Shown piece after piece: positions 14,701-26,281 of a stretch of 64,000 nt of DNA. Each line of letters begins with the position of its first letter. Position 1 is the stretch's first letter. Under the pieces are notes generated by a model. The model saw only the letters and a program-made list of their open reading frames with translations. It was not told the DNA's origin and did no database searches. The DNA comes from the human T2T-CHM13v2.0 reference genome, Homo sapiens: assembly GCF_009914755.1 (NCBI RefSeq), contig NC_060929.1; one strand, 5' to 3'. The position numbers and the translations under genes were made by a program.

Positions 14701-17396
14701 TTACACACCACTAACAGGTGGCAGAGTCAGGACTTGAACGCAGGTCTAGCCAACTCCAATTCACACGCTGTATCCACTGGTCCACAAACATACCTCTCAA
14801 ACATCAGGTCTTTGCTGCTCTCCTGGCCTTGGAGCCCTCTTTCCAGTTCACCTCTCAAATGGGCAACTGGGTTATATCATTCAGGTCTTAGTTTATCCTG
14901 CCTTCATAGCCTTCATCCTTATCTTATTTTGTGATTATCTTATTTCTATAACCCACCCATATATAGTGCCATGAGACGGCAAGTGACAAAGTAAAATTAC
15001 TTTTGCTGTTTAGCGAAAATAGCAAAAGTAATTTTAGCTACTTATAAGTAGGAATTTTGTCTTGCACCAAAGTATCCCCTGAGACTATACTTATCAATAT
15101 TTGTTGAACACATGAATGAATGAATGAATGAACGAATGAGTGAATGAATGCGTGGGCCTCCTGCCTAGCTTTAAAAGCCACATTCAAGGAAAAGGTGGCT
15201 ATGAGCTTATCTTCCTTGGCAGAGCAGTTTTGTCCACTGTGGCGCTAGCAGAGAGCACACCCTTTGTTCTCCACGGGGTGGAAGACACCTCCTCGGTGGG
15301 CAGAGGGGAGCAGGGCTGCTGGTCTGCACCTACAGGCTGTTCTCAAACAGGCTCACCCCGCAGAGCTCTGGAAACGAGGTGAGCAGCCCTCCCACCTGCT
15401 CTCCAGAAAGCAACCTGCAGAGAAAAACAGCCCGGGTTGACCTGGATCCACCCGGCGGGCGCGGGGAGGGGCCGCAGCGGCATTGTTTGCCTCTGTGTAT
15501 GGCAACCAGAAACCACGGCAGCCAGCACTTCTCAGAGGCACCCCGCCCCCCTTTATTTTAATCTCCTAAACTGATTTGTCAGCAGCAGGAAGTGACATGA
15601 CAGCTTTCCTCACAAAAGGGAAACTCCTCCGCGTTACCATGGGGATGGAGGCCACTGTAGGATCACAGATTTATATAATCTTAAAGGTGTACACACAATG
15701 ATGTCATCCTCTGACGGGCCAGGGGAGGGAGGGAAAGGGATGCCAGAGGCTGCAAGTCCAAAGCAAATTAGCTACGATTTGCAAAATTCCAAGGAGAGGA
15801 TGCGGTGGAGGTGGGGGAGGGGGAGTGTTAGAGGTATTATAATGAAATAATGGGTGCCTGGAAACCACAGAAAAGCATAATGTATGCATTGATGCATTTT
15901 CTACATCCCAGAATTAGAGAGATGGGAAGAACAGTACTCAGATCCAGTGCAAATTGGTCATTTTACGGGGTGGGAAAACTGAGCCAGAAGAACTGCCAGA
16001 AGCCATTAGGACAGAGACAAGGGGATGGAAACATTTCTCCACGGCCCACTGTGTGCCAGGCACTTTACATTCATCAGCCCATGTCTTTCTCACAAGTGAG
16101 CCTCAGTTTTGTCCTCTGTAAAATGGGTATTGCTGTCAAAGGTTACTTAACCTTAGCAGTACCTGGCACACAGTGCTCACTCTAAAACTGGCAACCATCA
16201 TTGCCACATTATCAGTATTAAAAGTCTTATTTCAATCTCTTCCTGGGAAACACATTAATAGACTTTAAGTATCTTTCATCATGAGGTATTAATTTTTTCC
16301 CAAGGAAAGCAGTCTGAGGCCAAATATGAGATTTTTCTGGAGGGTCTGAACACAGTGACTCCGGTACATGGGGATCAGGGGTCATCATTCCTGGCTCTCA
16401 GGGCTGGCATGAGGCAGAGTGGCTTGAGCCGGGAGAAGTGAGTGACTTGTTTTCACTGGCGGCTCCCTTAGGCAGCCGCTGTATTTTTCCACTGCGTGGA
16501 TCACACTGGAGATTAATTTTGGTTCAGCCAGTGCCTGCCAAGCAGAAAGCGAAGGCCCTAGCCCACGGGGAAGTCAGCCATGGCATCTGTCACAGACTCG
16601 ATGTCGCTGGTACATTTCCACGGAGAGAGATATTTACAATAGTAAATTTCTAGGCTTTGATAAAAACACTGGGTACGATTTGTTTTGATAGGCATGAACA
16701 TACTTGTAATCGGAAACCCAGCTGAGGAAATGAGCTTGCCAGCCCAGGGTAAGTTCTTAGAACTTAGAACACAGGGATCTTTCAGACCCTGGGAGTCAAG
16801 TGGCAGACAGTGAGCCACAGGGGCAAAGTCAAGGACACTGATTCTGCGTAAAGACCTTGAACAACAGGACAGGACCAGAACCATAGCACAGGGTGCTCAT
16901 GGATAAGGCGAATGGGATATTTCCTTTTCTGCTTCCCATAGCACTTTGTCCAGAAACAAAGAGTGGGGTGGGGCGCTAAGGGGCCAGTAATCCAAGAGCT
17001 TCGCTGTTTCTTAACGCAACATTATAGACTGGATTATGGATTGGTAGCAATTACATCTCTTCTGTTTTTTGCCTGCTTGGCAAAGGAGTACAAATTCAGA
17101 ATATTATCCTAGAACAAGTCAGGTTTAATTGCTTATCTCAACAAAACTATGAAATCAGAGCAGCAGGTGACATGAAGGAGGCAACTACCAAAAATGCCAT
17201 GTCTATATGCAGAAATGCCAGCGTGAATGTCCTCCACAATGTTAGCAATGGTCAGGTTGGGGATGGGCTGTTGCGGGTGATTTCTTTACATGGTATTTGC
17301 TTATAGTGCTTGGATTTTTTTTCTTTCTTTTTTTTTTTTTTGCCAATGTATTTAAATTTTCACAAAAACAAAAGCCTTTTTAAAAGCAAAAAGATA

Positions 17397-17630
17397 GGTC
17401 AGGAGTTCGAGACCAGCCTGGCCAACATGGTGAAACCCCCATCTCTACTAAAAATACAAAAATTAGCCGGGCATGGTGACGCGCACCCGTAATCCCAGCT
17501 ACTTAGGAAGCTGAGGCAGGAGAATGGCTTGAACCTGGCAGGCGGAGGTTGCAGTGAGCCGAGCTCACACCAGTACACTCCAGCCTGGGTGACAGAGTGA
17601 GACTCCGTCTAAAAAAAAAAAAAAAAAAAA
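17397..17630 (+). mobile_element. 5'-truncated Alu
   Basis: Starts at GGTCAGGAGTTCGAGACC; ends in poly(A). Confidence 0.92.
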
Positions 17631-18207
17631 AGCCATGAGACGGGCAAGTGAAAGTCTGAAACAGATGTAGATTCCAATTCTCCTATTTCTGCCACTTAGC
17701 CATGCTGGGTCTCAGCATCTCATTTGCAAAAGGCCTTGCTGAGTTTCTCTAGGGGCAGGTAGCACACACCTGCCTTATGTCATGTGTTTGGAAAAACTTT
17801 TGTCTCCTCATAACTCCAGCACAGCTCAGAGATGGGAAGGCGACTTTTTATATTAACCTGAGGAGGGTATTAAATGAAGAAGGCAATCCAGACAAGTGGC
17901 TATTTCCTCCTAGCTTTGGCTCTGGGGACACCTTGGCATCCTGGGTGACATGGTAGGTTACAGAGCCGCTAAAATGGGCATGGGCAGACACACTGATCCA
18001 ATACTAAGAGTTCAGCTGTAGCGTCCGGTGTTTCATGATACTCACTTGTCTTCCTCCCTTGCAACCCAGCCATTTCATGGGACCAACGGGCCACCACAGG
18101 GCATGGGATCAGATCTCAACACATTCTGCAGGCCCTTGTCGAAATTCTTCCCTAGTTCACTAGTGGGAGAGGGATTGGGTGTGGTTGCCAAAGAAATAAA
18201 AGCGTTG

Positions 18208-18876
18208 AAATTTCAATAGAAATGCCATAATTTATTCCATTGTATAAAAAAGTCATCCTTATGTAACAAAATGTCTTCTTAGAAGAAGAAATATATTATT
18301 TCAGGTCATAAATAATCAGCAAACATACAACTGTTGGCAACTAAAAAAAAACCCAACACTGGTATTTTCCATCAGTGCTGAAAACAAACCTGCTTAAGAT
18401 ATATTTACAGGATAGTACAGTACTCAAAAACAAAAATTGAGGTATTTGGTTCTTCTAGGAGTAGACAATGACATTTGTGAAGGCAGACACCTACACAAAA
18501 ATAAATAAGGTATATTCTCATATGTATATGTGTCGTCGGGAATAATACTGGTAGGTATGTCAAGCATGAAGAGATTCTACAAAAAACAGGGGCGAGCAAA
18601 AAGAAACCGGATCACACACTGAGTCCTTTCTCTTCTGCCCCATTTTGTCAGATGGACTTGATGTACCCACTATATATTGGTCCCGAATGTGCTGAGTTCA
18701 GCAAATGTCTTGACGCTAAGTCATCACCATAACTGCTTAGAAACCCAGAGGAACTCGGGTGAAGTTAAATAAATAAGGACCAGCCCTCTCGAGCCCCTCC
18801 CAGAGTTATTGCATTTCTCCTCTCAAGGAGCATGGAGTCCCAATGGGATGTGAAGAGCCTCACCTCCCGTGGCCTT
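18208..18876 (-). other. DUSP1: DUSP1 3'UTR with AU-rich elements, Pumilio element and miRNA seed sites
   Basis: Minus-strand UUAUUUAUUUA about 18766-18776, further AUUUA about 18502 and 18309; UGUAAAUA 18402-18409; GTACTGTA (miR-101 8mer) 18416-18423; TACCTCA (let-7) 18438-18444; CAGTATTA (miR-200bc/429) 18543-18550. 3' end approximate. Confidence 0.85.
18231..18236 (-). terminator. DUSP1 polyadenylation signal AATAAA
   Basis: TTTATT on + strand, followed on the minus strand by U-rich downstream sequence. Confidence 0.85.
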
Positions 18877-19247
18877 TCAGCAGCTGGGAGAGGTCGTAAT
18901 GGGGCTCTGAAGGTAGCTCAGCGCACTGTTCGTGGAGTGGACAGGGATGGAGACGGGGAAGTTGAACACGGTGGTGGTGGAGGTGCCTCGGTCGAGCACA
19001 GCCATGGCGGGGCTCCCAGCCTCTGCCGAACAGTGCGGAGCCAGCACCTGGGACTCAAACTGCAGCAGCTGGCCCATGAAGCTGAAGTTGGGAGAGATGA
19101 TGCTTCGCCTCTGCTTCACAAACTCAAAGGCCTCGTCCAGCTTGACTCGATTAGTCCTCATAAGGTAAGCAAGGCAGATGGTGGCTGACCGGGAAATGCC
19201 TGCCTGGCAGTGGACAAACACCCTTCCTCCAGCATTCTTGATGGAGT
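18877..19247 (-). CDS. DUSP1: DUSP1 exon 4 coding part (371 nt), includes HCQAGISRS active site
   Basis: Acceptor TTTTCCAG|ACTCC; ends ...SPSC-TGA at 18877. Confidence 0.97.
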
Positions 19248-21067
19248 CTGGAAAACCAAAGGAGCGGCTGGTTACTTGAGAGTTCAGGAGAACCACCCCA
19301 AGCCCAGGTACAGTGTATCTGAGAAAGGTCATGTGTGTCTTGTCTAGAAATGGTCAACATCACCACATGCCATCACATGGATACTGTTCATGGAGGCAAC
19401 GTGGGCACTGTGCAAAGGATGGCACAGGATTTAAACTCAGACTGGGGATTTCCACTTAGCAGATAGATCTCAGACCAGTCAATTCAACTTTGTGAGCCCC
19501 ACTTTGCAAATCTGTAAAGTGGGACATCGAATCAAATTCATATTTTACAGGAATGTTGCCCACACCAGACTGATACTGAATGTGTGGAAGAAGGCTCAGA
19601 AAACTTCAAGCTCTTGCCACAGAGGTTGGGCTTAGTGGCTAAAATGAGAAGAGAAAGGCAGAAAAGCCCCAGGCATCCATTCCATTTACCTATGAAGTCA
19701 ATGGCCTCGTTGAACCAGGAGCTGATGTCTGCCTTGTGGTTGTCCTCCACAGGGATGCTCTTGTACTGGTAGTGACCCTCAAAATGGTTGGGACAATTGG
19801 CTGAGACGTTGATCAAGGCAGTTATGCCCAAGGCATCCAGCATGTCCTTGCGGGAAGCGTGATACGCACTGCCCAGGTACAGAAAGGGCAGGATTTCCAC
19901 CGGGCCACCCTGAAATCCAGAAATATCCAACATTCATCAAGCTTGCTCAAAGCCAAGGCCAGTGCCCATACCCACAAAAACTTTCTGCTGGAAAAGTCAA
20001 TTTCAGATACCGAGTGAACTCAGTTCTGTTGCTGGAGGATAAATAAATAGGGAACTAAGCCCATTTGCCTGGGCAGGACCAGCAAGTTCATTTCCGTAGA
20101 GCCTACAATTGGAGACTCGGCTCCGTCAGACCACTTAACTGTGGAATAAATCATATCCCTGTGTCCCCTCCGTTATAAATAATGCTGCAGGTCACTTTCT
20201 ATATTCTCCCTGGCACTACTCTTCCATGCCTTTGCCAGTTCTTACTTCTTCCCTGTGGCAGGGACACCTACTAACCTGATCGTAGAGTGGGGTACTGCAG
20301 GAACTGCACCCAGATTCCGCGCTGTCAGGGACGCTAGTACTCAGGGGAAGGCTGAGCCCCATGGGGGTCGACTGTTTGCTGCACAGCTCCGGGCAGGAAG
20401 CCGAAAACGCTTCGTATCCTCCTGGGAATACAAAGACATTTTTTTTCCCCATTAGTGACACCGGGACACGGCACCTTCATACAACTCCCCCACCCACCAA
20501 GGGCTGGAAGTTTACATCGGAAAGGCCCAGGCAAGTCTTTGTTTCCAGAGCCAAACAAAGCCAATGACAAGTTCCAGAGATAAATGTACTCCAGCGCCCA
20601 CGCGCTGCAGGTGGGGCGATCCCCCGGGAGCCGAGAGCCAGGGGTACCGGGCAAAACCTCAGGGGTGTGCGGCCCGCCCCGAGCTTCCCCGAGGGCGTAC
20701 CTTTGAGGAAGAAGACTTGCGCGGCGCGCGCCTCGCGGCAGAGCGCGCCGGCCGCCAGGGCCAGGGTGCCGTCGCGCTTGGCGCCGTCCAGGGCGGCGCT
20801 GCGCTCGTCCAGCAACACCACGGCGTGGTAGGCGCCGGCCAGCAGGCGGCCGCGGAGCTCGGCGTTGGGCACGATGTGCTCCAGGCCCATGGCGCCCTTG
20901 GCCCGGCGCCGCACGATGGTGCTGAAGCGCACGTTGACAGAGCCGGCGATGTGGCCGGCGTTGAAAGCGAAGAAGGAGCGGCAGTCCAGCAGCAGGCATT
21001 GCGCCGCTCGCTCCCCCAGCAGCGCCCGCAGGCCTCCAGCGTCCAGGGTGCCCACTTCCATGACCAT
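18877..21067 (-). CDS. DUSP1: Dual specificity protein phosphatase 1 (MKP-1). Spliced CDS join(21067-20701, 20421-20276, 19909-19690, 19247-18877) = 1104 nt, 367 aa
   Basis: Begins MVMEVGTLDAGGLRALL. Rhodanese/CH2 domain with KIM IVRRRAKG, catalytic VHCQAGISRS, FNFP docking motif, C-terminal LQSPITTSPSC. All three introns are GT-AG and exon lengths 367+146+220+371 keep the frame. Confidence 0.99.
19690..19909 (-). CDS. DUSP1: DUSP1 exon 3 (220 nt)
   Basis: Acceptor TTTCAG|GGTGGC, encodes GGPVEILPFLYLG...AIDFI, donor ATAG|GTAAAT. Confidence 0.97.
20276..20421 (-). CDS. DUSP1: DUSP1 exon 2 (146 nt)
   Basis: Acceptor TTCCCAG|GAGGATAC, encodes GGYEAFSASC...LYDQ, donor CAG|GTTAGT. Confidence 0.97.
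20701..21067 (-). CDS. DUSP1: DUSP1 exon 1 coding part (367 nt)
   Basis: ATG at 21067 in GCCATGG Kozak context; donor AAAG|GTACGC at 20701/20700. Confidence 0.97.
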
Positions 21068-21312
21068 GGCCGGCCTCAGCGCCCCCAGCGTGATCGGCCC
21101 TGCGGTGCTCTTTGTCTGTTCTCGGGGCCAAGGGCAGGGCGGCGCTTTTCGAGGAAAAGCTAGACCCCCGGGTCTCTCTGCGCCGAACCAAAAGCCGCTT
21201 TTGGACTGAGAGAGGAGCGTCACGCGGGGCTCCGGGCTCCTCGGCTTCTTCGCGGTTCCCCCGACTGCCCCTCCGACCCGCGTCGCACACACAGCCCAAA
21301 TGTCCTTCGCAG
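21068..21312 (-). other. DUSP1: DUSP1 5'UTR (TSS estimated about 21310)
   Basis: TSS inferred about 25-30 nt downstream of TATAAA; GC-rich, no AUG seen. Confidence 0.75.
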
Positions 21313-21334
21313 CGAGCCTGGCCCGGGGAGCGCG

Positions 21335-21340
21335 TTTATA
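21335..21340 (-). promoter_or_regulatory. DUSP1 TATA box
   Basis: Minus strand GCATATAAACG embedded in GC-rich DNA. Confidence 0.9.
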
Positions 21341-21412
21341 TGCGGCCTCTGGGGGACGGGGCGGGCCAGACCCGCGCGCAGGGGGAGGGGGGGGTGTTTG
21401 TTTGAATGGTGA

Positions 21413-21483
21413 TCACGTGACGGGGCGGTGACGTCACCCGCCCTGCCAGGCCAGGCGCCGCCGAGCCAGAGGGGGAGACGTCA
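21413..21483. promoter_or_regulatory. DUSP1 proximal promoter module: E-box, GC box and two CREs
   Basis: TCACGTGAC 21413-21421, GGGGCGG 21422-21428, TGACGTCA 21429-21436, AGACGTCA 21476-21483. Confidence 0.9.
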
Positions 21484-22599
21484 TCAGCCTCGGAGCTGGG
21501 TCCGCTCGCCGCGCGCTGGCTCGCGGCCCGGCCCCCGCCCTGCTGTCCGGCCTGCTCTTGGCGCGTCCCCAGGGACCGGACCCGCGCCGCGCTCCAGGCC
21601 CAGCGGGGAGGAGGAGGGCTCGCTGCCAGCTGAGGCTGACCTCCGGGATGCGAGCGGCCGGGAGAACAGGCGACGTGCCACCTGCCTTGGCCTCGCCGCT
21701 CCTCCCTCTCTCCCTCCCCGAGTCCCCTTCCCCGTGCCCCTCGGCCGCCGACCTGAACCGAAAGGGGCTTCCTGTGCTTTTGCATACTCTTGTGCCCCTT
21801 TTCCTCATTTCCTCATCACTAACAGGCGGGGAAACTGAGGTTCCCCAGGCGAAGCGACTGACTTGCCCAGAACCACACTACTGGGGTGGGGGCAGCAAAT
21901 AGGCGCCTAAGATGAAGTTTAGAGAAAAATGAACAACTCTGCCGATAGAAAAGTCGTCCCTACCAAGACCGACTCGAGCGAGTTGGGGCGGAGAGGTTCA
22001 GGGCAATGCTTTCCTGTATCCCAGACTTTTCTTTAAGGTGGCTTTAAAATATCTACATTTGCCATGAAAGTGTGAGCAAGCAAACTCCCACCGGGAAATA
22101 ATGCTATTCCTAGTCTTGTGGCCCCCGGAAGACTTGGAGCCAAGGGAGGCAGGTCAGGGGGCTGAAATCCCGGTGAGGGGTCGCAAGGCCCCGCAGTGGA
22201 TTCCAGGGTTTGGCGTTTGGAGGGGTGAGGGGCGACCCGCAGCGCGACTCGACGGCGCCCCCCAGGGGCCGCCCGACACGTTTCTGTCACCTTGGCTCCA
22301 GACTGAGCTTCTCCATCCCTTTCTTTATTATACAAATAGGCAGTATACACAGTGAGCGCCCACTAAGCGCTGGGCTGGGGGCCTCCAACCCGGAACAGAA
22401 GCCGGCCACAACCCTCGCTCCCTGTCGTCGCGGCCGTTATAGGCCGAAAGCAAAATCCAATCCCGGGCCATTGTGGGCGGATTGCCAGGACCTGGATCGC
22501 AACACTTGGGAAGACCCCCGCCCCGCCCAGCGATCTCCGTGCCCTGAGTCCCAGTGACGGCCCCCTGGACAGCGGAGCCTGCTGCAGCGACGCGACGCG

Positions 22600-22815
22600 C
22601 TAGGTACACAAACATAAACATTGCGCCACCCGCCCGGGTGCCGAGTCAGGAACATTCTGCGGTTTCCTCCCCTCCTGGGGGAGGGGATTTCGCTGGCCAC
22701 CCTGTGTCGTCGCTGTGCGAGCTGTATCACCAGTGGCAACTTCTGCATTTGCCTCGCTTAGCTTGTGTGTTTTCGCCTGCGCAAATGTTCTGCCTGGATT
22801 CTTCTAGAAAAGTTC
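22600..22815. promoter_or_regulatory. Composite element about 1.3-1.5 kb upstream of the TSS (candidate glucocorticoid-responsive region)
   Basis: TAAACA 22615-22620 (FOX), ATTGCGCCAC 22620-22629 (C/EBP-like), GGAACAttcTGCGGT 22649-22663 (imperfect GRE), GGGGATTTCG 22683-22692 (kB-like). DUSP1 is an established GR target. Confidence 0.6.
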
Positions 22816-23123
22816 AGGGCATGGAGTGCTTTTTTTTTTAAAAGGGCGTCTTCTACCTTCATTTGAACATTGGTCGAGGACAGCAAAGAGGTCCTCAGAT
22901 AAGGGCAACGCCCTCCCTGTATGGAGAGATAGAAGAAAAAGAAATTGTTTATACTACTTATTCAGCTGAGGAACTCAACATAGTTTTTGCGTTGAATCAT
23001 AGAATGTTACAGCTGCTGACTTTTCACTGCATACCGACTTGATTTGTCCCATTTTTTTTCTCACCAAGAGCATTTATTATACCTTCCCCTACCGAAATTT
23101 TTCAAAAAGAAAACTTTTTAAGA

Positions 23124-23417
<294 letters not shown>

Positions 23418-26281
23418 TTAATGCCGTTATCATAGTAGTAGTGGCGCAGTCTGGCCCTAGAGCCAGGTGTCTGCTGGCCTCTCCTGCTTTTCTCTCTCCT
23501 CCCTTGCTGGAAAGAGTGCAGAGAGTAGACTTGAACCCTGTCATTTTGCTGCTGGATGGTCAGAGGTGAGTCTCGACCCCTACTGAGCCTCCAAACCCAC
23601 GTCTGTACAGTGCGTCTACACTGGCCCACTTTGTAGATGGTTTGAGGCCCAAGTGAGAGATGGGGGGTTTAGGGAACTCAGGCCCTACCTCACCCCTGCT
23701 CTTTATGATTCACTGTATCTCTAGGGTTTCCCCTTCCCAGCAGAATGGTTCTTTATATATCATCATGCCCCTGTGCCTTTCAGAGACTTGCCTCAGAACC
23801 AGGGAGAAGGTCACTGCAAGCCATCTGCTTATGAGATACATCAGTGGACAGGGGCCCAACTCAGGCAGAGCTCCTCTTTAAGGCCCACTAACACACAGTG
23901 CTCGGGCCAGTGGGTCACCTGCCCGGCGACAAGTGGTAAACGTGTAGCCACCTAGGCCCCCAATCCAGGCAGTGGAGATGCTGCTTCTGACTGAGGATGG
24001 AGCCAAAGAGAGCCCAGCATAATCTGGTCTCTGTAACCACAGAAGGAGTGAGGGACTGGCCTTGTGGGCCTGGCTGCCAGAGGGAGTGAAGCAGATAAAT
24101 CAGTGGATGTTGACTCAGGGGAGAGAATTGGGCCTTTCTGACCTGGGCTGTTCCCAATTCTACCTAGTCCTGCTTAGGAATAAACCTGGAGACAGTGAGG
24201 AGTAGCGGAAAGAAGGGTTCAGGGTTCCACACTCCCCAAAAAGCTGGCCTGGATTTTCTACCTTTAATGTGTGGCCTTGAGTAAGTGCCCCCATGGTGCT
24301 GAGCTCCACCCCCTCCTTCCCATGATGGAGAGAAGAATAATAACATTCACCTCCAGGGACTCTGGGGAGACTCAGTGTAGCCAGGGTTGGCCCTAGCTCA
24401 CAATCCCTGTCCTAATCCTGCTCTCAAAGGCGACTTTGGATCTCTCTTGGGATCACAGGAAAAGAAAAGAGTTGAGCTCCCGCTGATGACAGTCAGAAAG
24501 AGGCCCCCGCTCACTGTCTGCTTGGTGACCTTGGGCAAGCAGCTTACCGTTTCTGAGCCTCTGTTTCCCCATTTGTAAACTGGGAATAACATCCATTTAG
24601 GACCAAGTAAAACAGTGTATAAGAACCTGATGTGGATGACACCCAAAGAGGGTGCTCTCAAGAGAGGGAGCAGGGCCCCACATTCATGTTCCCTCTTTCA
24701 AAACCCACGGCGTTTTTCCTGTCTCCCCTGTGCTGTATGGGGGTTCCTCCCCTCAATAGCCTTCTATAACTCCCCATTTCTTAGCAAATCCAAAACTCAC
24801 TGCCACTGGGCCTCGGCCATCTATATGGCTCAGCTTCCCACTCTCTTTGCTTTCTCTCTTGTGCTCCAGGAAAATTCTGTGGGCCTGTGTTCCTAGAATG
24901 TTCTTGTCCTCTCCCACATCTTTGCTCACATTCCTCCCCCTCCCCCTGCCAGACAGTGGCCCCTCTGGGCTCCCCCATAGTCTTTCCAGGTGAAGACTCC
25001 TCTGGTTTCTCCAACTTCTCCCTCTCCTGCGTCTGGAGGACATTGTCCGTATATTCTGATTGTGTACAAGTCACCTAGATCTTTGTCGTACTCTCCCCAG
25101 GTTCTAAGTTGGTCAGCTTGAGGGCAAGGGGTGTGTTTTTCTCAACATTGCACTCCCCAGCCTACTACCTTTGATGCAGTGCCTGGCACATAGTAGGTTC
25201 ACAATTTGGGAAACGGTAGAATTGTTTCAAAGGGTACTGTTGAAAAGTGTCAGAAGAGAGGAGGGTGGTCACTGACACTCATTAGGCCTCACCTCTGGGC
25301 CAGGTGCATTACAGGTATCATTCCATGAATCTATCAGTGATCCTGTGAGGTGCTTGTTGTCCCCATTTTATAGGCAAGGCAAGAGGCTCAGAGAGGAGAC
25401 ATACCAAAGGTCACATGCCTAAGGTTATAAAGCTGGTAATCATCAGACACAGATCCAAACCCAGCGCCTGTCTGACTTGAGAGAGGGAGCTGGGCCTGGG
25501 TCTGTTGAGGCCTCCGCGTCTGCCAGCCCCATGTCTGGCAGCACTGGCTGAAGCCTCTGCCTCCCAGCTTCCTGGAGTTCTTCTCGCTGGACGGAGTGGT
25601 CCCTGGTGTCAGCCCAGCAGGGAGCCTGGAGCCTTCTAAGACTCCCAACTTAGGCCCTAGTGCCGCTGCTGAAGAGACTCTGTAGCCACTCAGGCCTACC
25701 TTGAGGGACTGGCAAGGGGCTGACTTCACCCTCTACACCCAGGCAGTTGGGACAGAGCTAGCTGCCATTGCACAATCTTTACAAACAGATCTCCATGCTC
25801 AGACCTGGCAGGGCCCACAGAGCTGTGTCATCCTGTCTAACCTCCTCATTTGAGAGGCAAGAGCCCAGAGAGGTTAGGCAATCTGTCCAAAGTCACACAG
25901 TGTTCAGAACATTCTAACCGTAGTCAGCATTGTGTGAGCTGTGTGTCCAAACCCTTAACAGTGTTTATCTTTGGAAGGTGGAGTTCCTCTCATTTTCTTC
26001 CTTATGACTCTGAATGATTTGAACTTTTTAAACTTAAATGTGTAACTTTTGTAACGAAGAATAAAAGAAGATTAGAAGGCAATCATATGTAGGTAACAGC
26101 ATTGTTGTTAAAACCAAGTTACAGAGTTAGACTGCCTGGATTAGAATCCCAGCTTGCTTACTCACCAGCTGTGTGTATTTGGGCAAGTTACTTTACCTCT
26201 GTGAGACTCAGTTTTCTCATCTTTAAAGCGGGAATAATAATCATATCGATCTTGTAGGGCTGATAGGAAGGTTATATAAGA

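Larger units (their letters stand above)
20560..22800. promoter_or_regulatory. CpG island over DUSP1 exon 1 and promoter
   Basis: Visibly high GC and CpG density compared with CpG-depleted flanks; edges approximate. Confidence 0.85.

Noticed and set aside
20061-20090. p53 response element in DUSP1 intron 2
   Set aside because: Half-sites carry several mismatches to RRRCWWGYYY; I recall a report of one, but the sequence alone is too weak.
18877-20461. ORF-track starts at 19332, 19933 and 20461 as separate genes
   Set aside because: These are DUSP1 exons 4, 3 and 2 extended into intron sequence.
20334-21902. Several overlapping ORFs of up to 321 aa on both strands over DUSP1 exon 1 and promoter
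   Set aside because: Expected in a very GC-rich CpG island; mostly non-AUG starts, low-complexity R/G/A/P, no recognisable domain.
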